A stretch of DNA of 64,000 nucleotides from an uncultured Methanosarcinales archaeon (GTDB lineage Archaea > Nanobdellota > Nanobdellia > Woesearchaeales > UBA583). The stretch lies in the NCBI GenBank assembly GCA_964429995.1, contig CAYSDY010000002.1, positions 6,019-70,018 on the forward strand, written 5' to 3'. Position 1 is the stretch's first letter. The number at the start of each line of letters is the position of its first letter. This document shows, piece by piece, positions 1-8,486 of this stretch. The notes below the pieces were generated by a model. That model was given only the letters and a program-made list of their open reading frames with translations. It ran no database searches and was not told where the DNA came from. The position numbers were made by a program, and so were the translations under genes.

Positions 1-362
1 AAAAGATGATATTTACATTTTATGCTCACATAAAAAATCTTGTAAAAGGAGTAACAGAAGGCTTTGAATATGACTTAAGAGTTGTTTTTGCAAAGTTTCC
101 TATTACAGTTGAAATGAAGGGCGATGAATTTTTGGTAAAAAACCTTTTGGGTGAAAAAGTTCCAAGAGTAGTAAAAATTCCAAAAGATGTAAAGATTGAG
201 CTTGATGGAAAGGAAATTAAGGTTAGCGGAATAAACAAAGAAACAGTAGGACAGGCTGCTGCAAGTATTGAGCAGTTATGTCGTGTTACAAATCTTGATA
301 GAAGGGTTGTACAGGATGGTATATATATCATAAAAAAACCACATAGGGTATATTCAGCATAA
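1..362 (+). CDS. rpl6: 50S ribosomal protein L6 (5'-truncated by window edge)
   Basis: Translation ...GVTEGFEYDLRVVFAKFPITVEMKGDEFLVKNLLGEKVPRVVKIP...ETVGQAAASIEQLCRV matches the archaeal L6 C-terminal half. It sits at the head of the L32e-L19e-L18-S5-L30 order. Confidence 0.85.
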   Translation, partial: KMIFTFYAHIKNLVKGVTEGFEYDLRVVFAKFPITVEMKGDEFLVKNLLGEKVPRVVKIPKDVKIELDGKEIKVSGINKETVGQAAASIEQLCRVTNLDRRVVQDGIYIIKKPHRVYSA

Positions 363-364
363 AA

Positions 365-892
365 ATGGTAGAGAAATTATTAAAACATAGATCAGATGTC
401 AAGAAAAGAAAACCAAACTTTAGAAGACAACAGATAAACCAGTATGCAAAATTTGCCAGGTCAAAATCATGGAAGAGGCCAAAAGGACATCAGGCTAAGA
501 TGAGACTTCACAGAAGAGGACATAGGGCTATGCCATCTGTTGGTTATGGATCTCCAAAGCTTGTAAGAGGTTTTAACAAATTAGGATTTAAAGAGGTTGT
601 TGTATGTAATATGCAGGATCTTTTAAGGATTGATGCAAAAACAGAAACAGTTGTTATCTCAAGAACAGTTGGAAACAGAAAAAGACTTGAAATGCTAAAG
701 CATGCAAAAGAGAACAAGATAAAAATTGTTAATGTTTCTGATGTTGAAAAGAAGATAAATGAAATAACAAAGGTAAAATCAGAAAAAAAAGCTGAATCTT
801 TAGATAAAAAGAATAAGAAGGCTGAATCAAGCAAGAAGAAGGCTGAAAAAGTTTCTGATGCAAAAGATGCAGAAAAGGAGGATGAAGAATGA
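365..892 (+). CDS. rpl32e: 50S ribosomal protein L32e with K/E-rich C-terminal tail
   Basis: N-terminus KRKPNFRRQQINQYAKF...SWKRPKGHQAKMRLHRRGH is typical of L32e. The conserved archaeal gene order supports it. The C-terminal ~60 aa are lysine/glutamate-rich low complexity. Confidence 0.85.
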   Translation: MVEKLLKHRSDVKKRKPNFRRQQINQYAKFARSKSWKRPKGHQAKMRLHRRGHRAMPSVGYGSPKLVRGFNKLGFKEVVVCNMQDLLRIDAKTETVVISRTVGNRKRLEMLKHAKENKIKIVNVSDVEKKINEITKVKSEKKAESLDKKNKKAESSKKKAEKVSDAKDAEKEDEE

Positions 893-1365
893 ACTTAGGA
901 AAACAAAAAAATCTTGCTGCAAGAGCATTGGGTGTTTCCAAAAAAAGGATAAAATTTGATGCTGTTACTGCAGATTCTAAAAAGAGTCTTAAGGAGATGC
1001 TTTCAAGAGAAGATGCTAGAGCTTTGCTTGAGGAAAAAGTTATAAAGAAACTTCCAAAAAAGGGAATATCAAAAACAAGAGCAAATAAAATAGCTGTGCA
1101 AAAAAAGAAAGGAAGAAGACAGGGACAAGGTTCAAGAAAGGGAACTGCTAATGCAAGATTTCCTGAAAAGGATCAATGGATGATAAAAATAAGAGCATTA
1201 AGAGCATTGCTTAAACAGTACAAAGAATCAGGCAAGATGGATTCTAAGACATACAGGAGCTTGTATCTTAAAATTAAGGGTAACTTTTTCAGAAACAAGA
1301 GACACTTAAAGCTTTACATAGAACAGAATAATCTGCTTATAAAAAACGAAGATGGTAAAGAATAG
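889..1365 (+). CDS. rpl19e: 50S ribosomal protein L19e
   Basis: MNLGKQKNLAARALGVSKKRIKFD...KGRRQGQGSRKGTANAR is the L19e signature. Its start overlaps the L32e stop (ATGA). Confidence 0.85.
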   Translation: MNLGKQKNLAARALGVSKKRIKFDAVTADSKKSLKEMLSREDARALLEEKVIKKLPKKGISKTRANKIAVQKKKGRRQGQGSRKGTANARFPEKDQWMIKIRALRALLKQYKESGKMDSKTYRSLYLKIKGNFFRNKRHLKLYIEQNNLLIKNEDGKE

Positions 1366-1867
1366 AAATAAAAACAGGGTTTTTAGATTCAACAGAAGGA
1401 TAAGAGGACAAACAGATTATCAGTTAAGGTTGAAATTGCTAAAAAGCCAGATGATGAGGGTTGTTATAAGAAAGTCAAACAATAACATGCTTGTTCAGTT
1501 TGTAGATTATGCACCAGAAGGAGATAAGATTGTTACAAGTGTAAAATCAGACAGCTTAAAAAAATACAAATATGATGGACATACAGGAAATATTGTTTCA
1601 GCATACCTTACAGGTTATCTTGCAGGAAAAAGATTGCTTAAAACAAAATTTAAAGGAGAGTGCATAGTTGATTTTGGACTTCAGAGAGTTTTGTATGGAA
1701 ATAGGTTATTTGCAACAGTTAAAGGTGTAAAGGATGCAGGAGTTAATGTTTTGGTTGATGATGTGGTTTTCCCATCTGAATCAAGACTTAAAGGAGAACA
1801 TCTTACAAAAAAGATTGCAGTAGCTATTGAAGATGTAAAAAAAGAAATAGGCAAGGTGGTTGCATAA
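1352..1867 (+). CDS. rpl18: 50S ribosomal protein L18 (L5e family)
   Basis: RRIRGQTDYQLRLKLLKS...PRLVVRKSN-like N-terminus, and its position between L19e and S5. Confidence 0.85.
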   Translation: MVKNRNKNRVFRFNRRIRGQTDYQLRLKLLKSQMMRVVIRKSNNNMLVQFVDYAPEGDKIVTSVKSDSLKKYKYDGHTGNIVSAYLTGYLAGKRLLKTKFKGECIVDFGLQRVLYGNRLFATVKGVKDAGVNVLVDDVVFPSESRLKGEHLTKKIAVAIEDVKKEIGKVVA

Positions 1868-2669
1868 AATGGCTTTTAACAATAATAACAATTCAAAACC
1901 AAGAACTGGTCAGAGAAGAGATGGTTTTAAACGTGAGCATAAACCAAGAGAAGACAGAAACCAGCATGTTGAAGAAAAAGTTGAATGGGTTCCAAAAACA
2001 TCTTTAGGTAGAGATGTTTTAGTTGGTAAATATACTAATATGCGTGATGTTATGCTTTCAGGCAGTAAAATACTTGAAGAACAGATAACAGAGATGCTGG
2101 TTCCTGATTTAGCACTTGAGATGGTTAATGTTGGACAGGCAAAGGGTAAATTTGGTGGTGGAAGAAGAAAAACATCAAAAGCTACTCAAAAGATTACAAG
2201 TGATGGAAGCAGAATGAGTTTTTCTATGCTTGTTCTTTCAGGTAATAAAAATGGAATTGTGGGATTTGGTTTTGGAAAGGCAAGAGAAACAGTTCCTGCA
2301 CGAGAAAAAGCATACAAAAAGGCAAAGAAGAATCTTATAATGATAAGAAGAGGTTGTGGAGACTGGGGTTGCTTTTGCGGTAGTGCACACTCAATTCCAT
2401 TTGCAGTAGAAGGAAGTGAAGGATCTGTTACAGTAAGACTTATGCCTGCACCAAAAGGTACAGGACTTGTTGTTGAGTCAGAATTAAAAAAGATGCTTCA
2501 GCTTGCAGGTATAAAAGATGTATGGTCAAAAACATTTGGTCAGACAAAAAATAAAATAAACCTGATAAAGGCAGGATTTAACGCTTTAAAGCAACTGCAG
2601 GAAATAAAACTGACACCTTATGTGTTAGATGGAAGAGGAATCAAAGATGGTGACAAAGATGAACAATAA
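1860..2669 (+). CDS. rps5: 30S ribosomal protein S5 (N-rich N-terminal extension)
   Basis: Conserved S5 core ...[37 protein letters not shown]..., written here in the canonical family form (this window reads [18 protein letters not shown]...). It lies in the expected position. The alternative start is 1869 (MAFNNN). Confidence 0.9.
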   Translation: [269 protein letters not shown]

Positions 2670-3129
2670 AAAAATTGCCGTTATCCTTATAAGAGGAACT
2701 GTTAACTTATCATTTGACTTAAAAAAAACATTGGAGTTTTTAAGACTTAAGAAGAAACATGCATGTGTTGTAATAGATGATAATCAGGTTAATAGAGGTA
2801 TGCTTAACAAGGTTAAGGATTATGTTACATATGGACTTATCGATGAGGCATTCTATAAGCAGATGCTTGATAAGAGAGGAGAAATGATTGGTAAAGTTAA
2901 GATCGCTGATTCAGAAACAAAAATTGATACAGCATTTATTGCAAAAGAATATTTTGCAGGTAATCTTAAGCTTATTAATTTTGAAGAGAAAGGCATTAAG
3001 CCATTTTTCAGATTAATGCCTCCTGTTGGTGGTTTTGAAAGGGCAGGAATCAAGATGCCTTATGCAAAAGGTGGAGTTTTGGGAAATAGATCTGATGATA
3101 TTTCAAAGCTTATCTTAAAGATGATGTAA
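2629..3129 (+). CDS. rpl30: 50S ribosomal protein L30 (L7e family)
   Basis: KKIAVILIRGTVNLSFDLKKTLEFLRLKKKHACVV matches the L30P N-terminus. The true start is probably the internal Met at 2647 or 2659, which gives a small overlap with S5. Confidence 0.8.
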   Translation: MEEESKMVTKMNNKKIAVILIRGTVNLSFDLKKTLEFLRLKKKHACVVIDDNQVNRGMLNKVKDYVTYGLIDEAFYKQMLDKRGEMIGKVKIADSETKIDTAFIAKEYFAGNLKLINFEEKGIKPFFRLMPPVGGFERAGIKMPYAKGGVLGNRSDDISKLILKMM

Positions 3130-3144
3130 TCATCATTTTATCCG

Positions 3145-3152
3145 TTTTTTTT
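3145..3152 (+). terminator. oligo-T tract downstream of the L30 stop (archaeal-type terminator candidate)
   Basis: tccgTTTTTTTTag lies 15 nt after the rpl30 stop. Archaeal transcription terminates at T-runs. Confidence 0.35.
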
Positions 3153-3231
3153 AGTTTAAAAATATAGTTGTTCTGATTTTTTTGATTTAATAATAAAAAA
3201 TATTTATAAAGCAAAGAAAAAATAAATTCTT

Positions 3232-5826
3232 ATGAAAAAAATATTTCTTGTTGCTCTGTTTTTTTTGGCATTTTTTTTAAACAATATAAATGCCTTTGAA
3301 ATTTTGGATCAAAATTATAATCCTAAAATTTATTTTACTTTAGGTAATGATAATGTGATCGTAAGAAGTGATGCTAATTATTCAAATCTTACAATAAATT
3401 ATAAGATTTATAGTACCTACAAACAGGCTGTGTATAATTTTTCTTCATGTTCTTTAAAGTTTTGTTCATTTTTTAACATTTCTGATATGATTGAGGAAAA
3501 TAATGATACGATAACAACATCTACAAGGTTTCAGATTAATGTTGCAGGCAAAAGTGAATATATGTATCTTGACATAGAGAACCCATCTTTTACATTAAGT
3601 AAAAGTAATCTTAATTTGACAACAAAAAAAGTAGATTTTTCATATTCATATTCAGATGTAACATCAAATGTTACAAGTGTAAAATTGTATGAGGTTTCAG
3701 GTTCAAACAATAATTTTATTGCTGAACTTATAAATACAAATAATTACAGCTTTACTCCATCTGAGCAGAAAAAATATACTTTTAAATTTGTAATCTATGA
3801 TTTGGCAGGAAATTTTGCAGAAAAGAGTGCAGAAGTTGATGTTTCTGATTTGTTTGCACCACAAATAACAGACTATTATGTGGTAAAGGATGGTAAGGAT
3901 TACAAGGTTACCTTTTCGGCACAGGATAACAACAAGATTTACAAATATGAACTTGTTCAGGATAGCTTTAAGGTTGAGGATGTTATAAACCTTAAAACAG
4001 TTTCTGAGAAAACAGTCACAGTTCCTTTTACAAGTGGAGAATTTATATTAAGGGTTTATGATGAAGACCTTAATTATAATTCTGTAAAGCTTGATCTTGG
4101 AATAAAAATATTAAACACATATTCATCAAAGTATTCTTCAAGCCAATATTTTAAGTTTACATCAAATGCTGATTCTTGTTATTTAAGTGAGCTTAATTCT
4201 AAAAAGAAAAACGAGCAATTTGATAAGAGTTCTGATGAGTTTAAATTAAAACTTGATATTAATGAAAATCTTGAAGTTGATGTTGGTTTTTACTGTGAAA
4301 AAACAGGTTTAAGAGAGTATTTTGAAAGAACATTTGTACATGATACAGAGGATCCAAAAAATACAGTTGTAAGCGGATATGCAACAGATGATGGCTTTTT
4401 AACAATTGAGTGGGATGAGGCAAAAGACAAACAGAGTGATGTTGAATACATGCTTTATAGGGATGATGAGAGAGTTTATCATGGTTCAAAACTAAGTTAT
4501 ACAGATTATAGGGTATTATATCCTTCTCAATACACATACTATGTTAAAGTTTATGATATTGCAGGAAACAATGTAAAATCAAATAAAATAACACTTATTC
4601 CTGTTAAAAAAAATATAAATTTTATGTTGTTATCTGATTTTGATGATAGGGTTTTTTCAAATGTTTTTAATTTTTCATTTCAGACAGAAAAAGATGTTAG
4701 GTTTTCAATATTTCATAAGTTTAATGATAATATTGTTTACAGTTATGATATAAATAAGACAAATGAGGATGCTTACACATTCGTTCTTAATTTAAAAGAA
4801 GGTCAGAACATAATACAGGTTGTCTTAAACGATAATTTTGGAAATAGCATTACAAAGGCATTTAATGTTATATACCAAAAGGAAGATCTTAAGCCTATTG
4901 TAAGTGATGAAGATGAAAATTTATATTCAGGTTACAAACAAGATAGCAATGGCAGTATTGTATCAGATAAAGATAAACTGAATGATTCAGGAATTGATTC
5001 TGTATCAAAAGAATTATCCAATGAGGATAAAAGATATGCTTTTTGGTTACTAGTTATTGTAATTATAATTGCAATAGCATATTTTATTCGTGTATTTGTG
5101 ATAGGATACGATATATTTGATATTGAAAAAAAAGTTCGTTCAAAAAGTAATAGATCTTATCTTGAAAGAAAAAAGAAATCAGTTTTGGATCAGAACCTTG
5201 CAAAGAACGTGAAAAGACCAAAAGATGAATTGTTAAGCAAAGAACTGATGATGGTTAAAAGACAGAGACTCTTAAGACAAAAAGAAATGAAAAAAGAAGA
5301 ATTACTCTTAAAAAGACGTGCAGAAAAAGATATGCAGGCAACATTAATGCACAAGCAAAAAATAGATGAGATAAATAATGCAAAAAAGCAAAACATTGAT
5401 ATGTTTAAACAGAACACTGATAAAAAAATATTTAGGCGTGATAATAAAAATAAAGAAGATTATGATCTTTTATTATCTAAAAAGAAAGATGAAATTTCAT
5501 TAAAAAATAAAGATGATGTAGCTAAAAGGGGATTGTTTGAAGATTTTAGTGCTTATATTAACAAAGTTAAAGGTCAAAGTGGATGGAATAGTTCTTCTGA
5601 ATACATACAAAAAGAAGAACCTGTAAAAGAGAAAAGTGCAAATGAAGATAAAAACCATGCAAAAGAAGAGAAAACTGAGCAGAAAGTTGCAAAGTTTGAT
5701 TTTAAGTCAGATTTTAACGATTACATAAACAAGATATTTGACAGGAAAAAAAGAAGAACATCAAAAGATGTAAAATCAATTGAAAGACAGATAGAAAGAG
5801 AGCTTGAAAGAATTGAGAAAGATTGA
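3232..5826 (+). CDS. large type-I membrane/surface protein (864 aa). It has a Sec signal peptide, a ~600 aa extracellular region, one C-terminal TM helix and a K/E/R-rich coiled-coil cytoplasmic tail.
   Basis: The N-terminus MKKIFLVALFFLAFFLNNINA is hydrophobic. The TM helix is WLLVIVIIIAIAYFIRVFVIGY near aa 630, followed by ~230 aa of charged low complexity. No recognisable enzymatic motif. Confidence 0.6.
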   Translation: MKKIFLVALFFLAFFLNNINAFEILDQNYNPKIYFTLGNDNVIVRSDANYSNLTINYKIYSTYKQAVYNFSSCSLKFCSFFNISDMIEENNDTITTSTRFQINVAGKSEYMYLDIENPSFTLSKSNLNLTTKKVDFSYSYSDVTSNVTSVKLYEVSGSNNNFIAELINTNNYSFTPSEQKKYTFKFVIYDLAGNFAEKSAEVDVSDLFAPQITDYYVVKDGKDYKVTFSAQDNNKIYKYELVQDSFKVEDVINLKTVSEKTVTVPFTSGEFILRVYDEDLNYNSVKLDLGIKILNTYSSKYSSSQYFKFTSNADSCYLSELNSKKKNEQFDKSSDEFKLKLDINENLEVDVGFYCEKTGLREYFERTFVHDTEDPKNTVVSGYATDDGFLTIEWDEAKDKQSDVEYMLYRDDERVYHGSKLSYTDYRVLYPSQYTYYVKVYDIAGNNVKSNKITLIPVKKNINFMLLSDFDDRVFSNVFNFSFQTEKDVRFSIFHKFNDNIVYSYDINKTNEDAYTFVLNLKEGQNIIQVVLNDNFGNSITKAFNVIYQKEDLKPIVSDEDENLYSGYKQDSNGSIVSDKDKLNDSGIDSVSKELSNEDKRYAFWLLVIVIIIAIAYFIRVFVIGYDIFDIEKKVRSKSNRSYLERKKKSVLDQNLAKNVKRPKDELLSKELMMVKRQRLLRQKEMKKEELLLKRRAEKDMQATLMHKQKIDEINNAKKQNIDMFKQNTDKKIFRRDNKNKEDYDLLLSKKKDEISLKNKDDVAKRGLFEDFSAYINKVKGQSGWNSSSEYIQKEEPVKEKSANEDKNHAKEEKTEQKVAKFDFKSDFNDYINKIFDRKKRRTSKDVKSIERQIERELERIEKD

Positions 5827-5852
5827 TTTAAAAATTTAATAAATAATTTTAT

Positions 5853-5884
5853 CCAATCTTTTTTATGTTACTTTATTTTTTTAT
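5853..5884. repeat. ~30-bp T-rich element CCAATCTTTTTTATGTTACTTTATTTTT, copy 1. It is a direct repeat of 7855-7882.
   Basis: The two copies match at about 28/30 positions, which is far above chance for this composition. Both lie just 3' of stop codons. Confidence 0.6.
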
Positions 5885-6094
5885 CTTTAAACTTTTTTCT
5901 TAATTTGTTTATAAAACTTGAATAAATTTTGCTATTAATATGTTGTTAGTGTTACTTAATGTTTTAAAAATTGATTTTTTTGACTATTAAATGTAGGTTT
6001 AATATTTATATTTTATGAAATCTATTTATTATTTAAAATAATCTAATTACTTACAACATCATTATTATCTTGTTATACATAAGTTATAGAAAAA

Positions 6095-6102
6095 TTTATA
6101 AT
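6095..6102 (+). promoter_or_regulatory. BRE/TATA-like element aaaaaTTTATAAT. The TATA begins exactly 29 nt upstream of the ATG of pilin-FGE paralog 1.
   Basis: The same aaaaatttataa motif sits at the same 29-nt spacing upstream of the paralogs at 9594 (TATA 9565-9572) and 63285 (63256-63263). This spacing implies leaderless or near-leaderless transcripts. Confidence 0.45.
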
Positions 6103-6123
6103 AAATAAATTTCAGTAATTGTT

Positions 6124-7587
6124 ATGTTAAAGAGTTCTCATCCTAAAAAATGTATATCACCAGTTGTAGCAACCGCTTTATTATTAGTTGTTGCAGTTAC
6201 AGCAGTTGTAGGTTTTCAAGGTTGGTTTGGAACGTATTCAACAAAGATTTTAAGCGGAGTTGAAAGTTCATCAGCAAATGATATTACAACTAGTAGAATA
6301 GAAACAATTGTTGGTAATAGTTTGTATATTAAAAATGACTATGATAATTTAACTATCAAAGACATAAAAGTCAATGGTTACAGTTGTTTTGATAGTGAAA
6401 CAAATTATTCTAAAGGAATATTAGAAATCAATATTACGGATTGTATAGTAAATTTGAATGTTAGTAATCCTGATGTTGTAGTTGTAACAGATAAGGGCTT
6501 GATTGAGAAAAAGGTTTATGTTAAGGATGTTATACAAACAGGTAGTGCTAGTTTGCCACCAGTAGATGGTTTAAGTTGTTCTTTAGATAGTGCTATTGTT
6601 GAGGAAGGTTCATCACATACATTTTATCTGTATGATAAACCATACAATAACTTAGCAGGATGCTCTGCGATTTCACAGGTAAGAACCTGTAATGATGGTA
6701 TATTAGATGGTATAAGTAATTATAGTTATGCAGTATGTAATGATAGCTTAGCACCAATGCAGGCTGGAGAGTGGGTGCTTGTATTTGCTAATTCAGATTT
6801 AGGTGTTAACAATGATTTTTATGTCATGAAATATGAGGCAAAATTTGTAGATACAGCAAGTAAAACACAGGATGCAACATATAAGGGTTGGCGATATGAT
6901 ACTGCTGGAGGTGATTTAAGTATAAGATCACATCCAACACCTGAACCAATAACATATATTACTCAGACTCAGGCAATTTCTGTATGTGCATCTTTAGGTA
7001 CAGGTTATAAACTTATAACTAGTGCTGAATGGGTAACAACAGCACGAGAAACAGAAAACAATACATACAATTGGAATAGTGGTACAATATATTCAGGAAG
7101 TATGTATAAGGGACATGGTGATAATGCACCAGTGGGTTTTTTATCTATTACTGATATAAATGATGGTTATATTGGAACAGGTGATAGTGGTATATCAGAC
7201 CAAAGAAGAACTTTAAAATTATATAATGGCGAAATAATATGGGATTTAGGAGGTAATGCATGGGAATGGAACAGTGATGTGTATAATAATGATGCAGAAA
7301 GTTCATTAGGAAAAAGTTCAAGTGGTTACTATGAATGGACATCTATAAGCTCATCCTATAATCATTTAAAACCATACAATACATCTTTAACATCATCTAA
7401 TGGAATTGGTCAAGTTTATGCTGATTCTAGTGGTGGTGCATATCCAAGCGGAATAGTACATGCTTTTATTTCTGGAGGTAGTTGTACGTTCTTAGGTACG
7501 TATGGTGGTCCTTTTTCCTTGTGTTTGGGCTATGCTCCTTCTTATGTGGGTCCTGAAGTAGGTTTTCGTTGCTCATATAATCCGTGA
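6124..7587 (+). CDS. pilin-FGE fusion protein, paralog 1 (487 aa). It combines an archaeal type IV pilin-like class III signal peptide, a pilin-like β-domain, and a C-terminal FGE-sulfatase/DUF323-like domain.
   Basis: N-terminus KKC|ISPVVATALLLVVAVTAVVGFQGWF is a class III (prepilin) signal plus hydrophobic helix. The C-terminal half carries FYVMKYEAKF, PITYITQTQAISVCASLGTGYKLITSAEWVTTAR, GNAWEWNSDVY and VGFRCSYNP, which match hallmark blocks of the FGE/SUMF1 fold. Confidence 0.7.
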   Translation: MLKSSHPKKCISPVVATALLLVVAVTAVVGFQGWFGTYSTKILSGVESSSANDITTSRIETIVGNSLYIKNDYDNLTIKDIKVNGYSCFDSETNYSKGILEINITDCIVNLNVSNPDVVVVTDKGLIEKKVYVKDVIQTGSASLPPVDGLSCSLDSAIVEEGSSHTFYLYDKPYNNLAGCSAISQVRTCNDGILDGISNYSYAVCNDSLAPMQAGEWVLVFANSDLGVNNDFYVMKYEAKFVDTASKTQDATYKGWRYDTAGGDLSIRSHPTPEPITYITQTQAISVCASLGTGYKLITSAEWVTTARETENNTYNWNSGTIYSGSMYKGHGDNAPVGFLSITDINDGYIGTGDSGISDQRRTLKLYNGEIIWDLGGNAWEWNSDVYNNDAESSLGKSSSGYYEWTSISSSYNHLKPYNTSLTSSNGIGQVYADSSGGAYPSGIVHAFISGGSCTFLGTYGGPFSLCLGYAPSYVGPEVGFRCSYNP

Positions 7588-7854
7588 TTTAAAATTTTTA
7601 ATGAGTAAATCTTTTTAAAAAAATTCTGGAATCGTTTGAAAAACTATTTGTGAGATTGTGGTAGTAATGCAGTTATTTAGATTAGGTAATAGATAAATAC
7701 TAACTCTTAATGCGAGTGATGAAGTAAGATTTGCACATTTTTGTAGAAAAAGTATAGAGTTTTGACATTTTAATATACAAATTTTTAAAGAGAATTTAGT
7801 AAAAGTATTGTTTATATTGGATAATAAGAAACCTTTTGCTTTAGTTGTATTTAG

Positions 7855-7882
7855 CCAATCTTTTTAGTGTTACTTTATTTTT
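7855..7882. repeat. ~30-bp T-rich element, copy 2: CCAATCTTTTTAGTGTTACTTTATTTTT
   Basis: Near-identical to 5853-5884. It overlaps the last codons and 3' region of grpE on the minus strand. The two copies bracket pilin-FGE paralog 1. Confidence 0.6.
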
Positions 7883-8408
7883 CAGTCTGCTCTTCTTTTT
7901 CTTCAAATTTTCCAATTTTAACTCTTGCAGGTCTTATTATCTTATCATGCTTATTATATCCTTTTTTTACAACTTCTATTATTTTTCCATGATTTTCCTG
8001 TGAACTTTCTGTTAAAATTGGATCATGTTTTTCTGGATCAAATTCTTCACCTATTTCTGGCATGAATTCAGAATAGTGATTTTCCATTAATGTTCTTATA
8101 AGATTTTGGTGTATCATTTCAACACCTTTTATGAACATCTGGTTGTTGTCTGTCATTTTAAGGCTTAATTCAAAGTTGTCTATTGATGGCAGTAAGTCTA
8201 ATACAAAATTGTTTACAGCATTTTCCCTTATTTCAAAAGATTCTTTTTCATATCTTTTCCTAAGATTATCATAATCGGCTCTTGCCCTTAAATAATCATT
8301 TTTAAGAGAATCAATTTCAGCTTTAAGTTCTTCTACAGTTTTTTCTTTACTTGTATTTGCTTCTTTAATTTCTGTTTCTGTTTCAGTTTTGATATTTTTC
8401 TCTTTCAT
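7875..8408 (-). CDS. grpE: GrpE nucleotide-exchange factor
   Basis: An acidic N-terminus is followed by LKNDYLRARADYDNLRKRYEKE...NFVLDLLPSIDNFE...PEKHDPILTE. No dnaK or dnaJ is adjacent. Confidence 0.85.
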   Translation of the reverse strand: MKEKNIKTETETEIKEANTSKEKTVEELKAEIDSLKNDYLRARADYDNLRKRYEKESFEIRENAVNNFVLDLLPSIDNFELSLKMTDNNQMFIKGVEMIHQNLIRTLMENHYSEFMPEIGEEFDPEKHDPILTESSQENHGKIIEVVKKGYNKHDKIIRPARVKIGKFEEKEEQTEK

Positions 8409-8486
8409 AATCTGTATTAATCATTTTAATTTTATAAATTTTTACAAAATCTAAAAAACATATATAAAATAAGTTTTTGAATAAAA

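Noticed and set aside
26-331. Minus-strand ORFs nested antisense inside well-supported genes. Examples are 26-331, 544-834, 729-941, 12501-12851, 22012-22317, 26445-26669 and 60065-60301.
   Set aside because: They lie opposite conserved ribosomal, metabolic or membrane genes. They have no independent motifs. They are typical AT-rich antisense artefacts.
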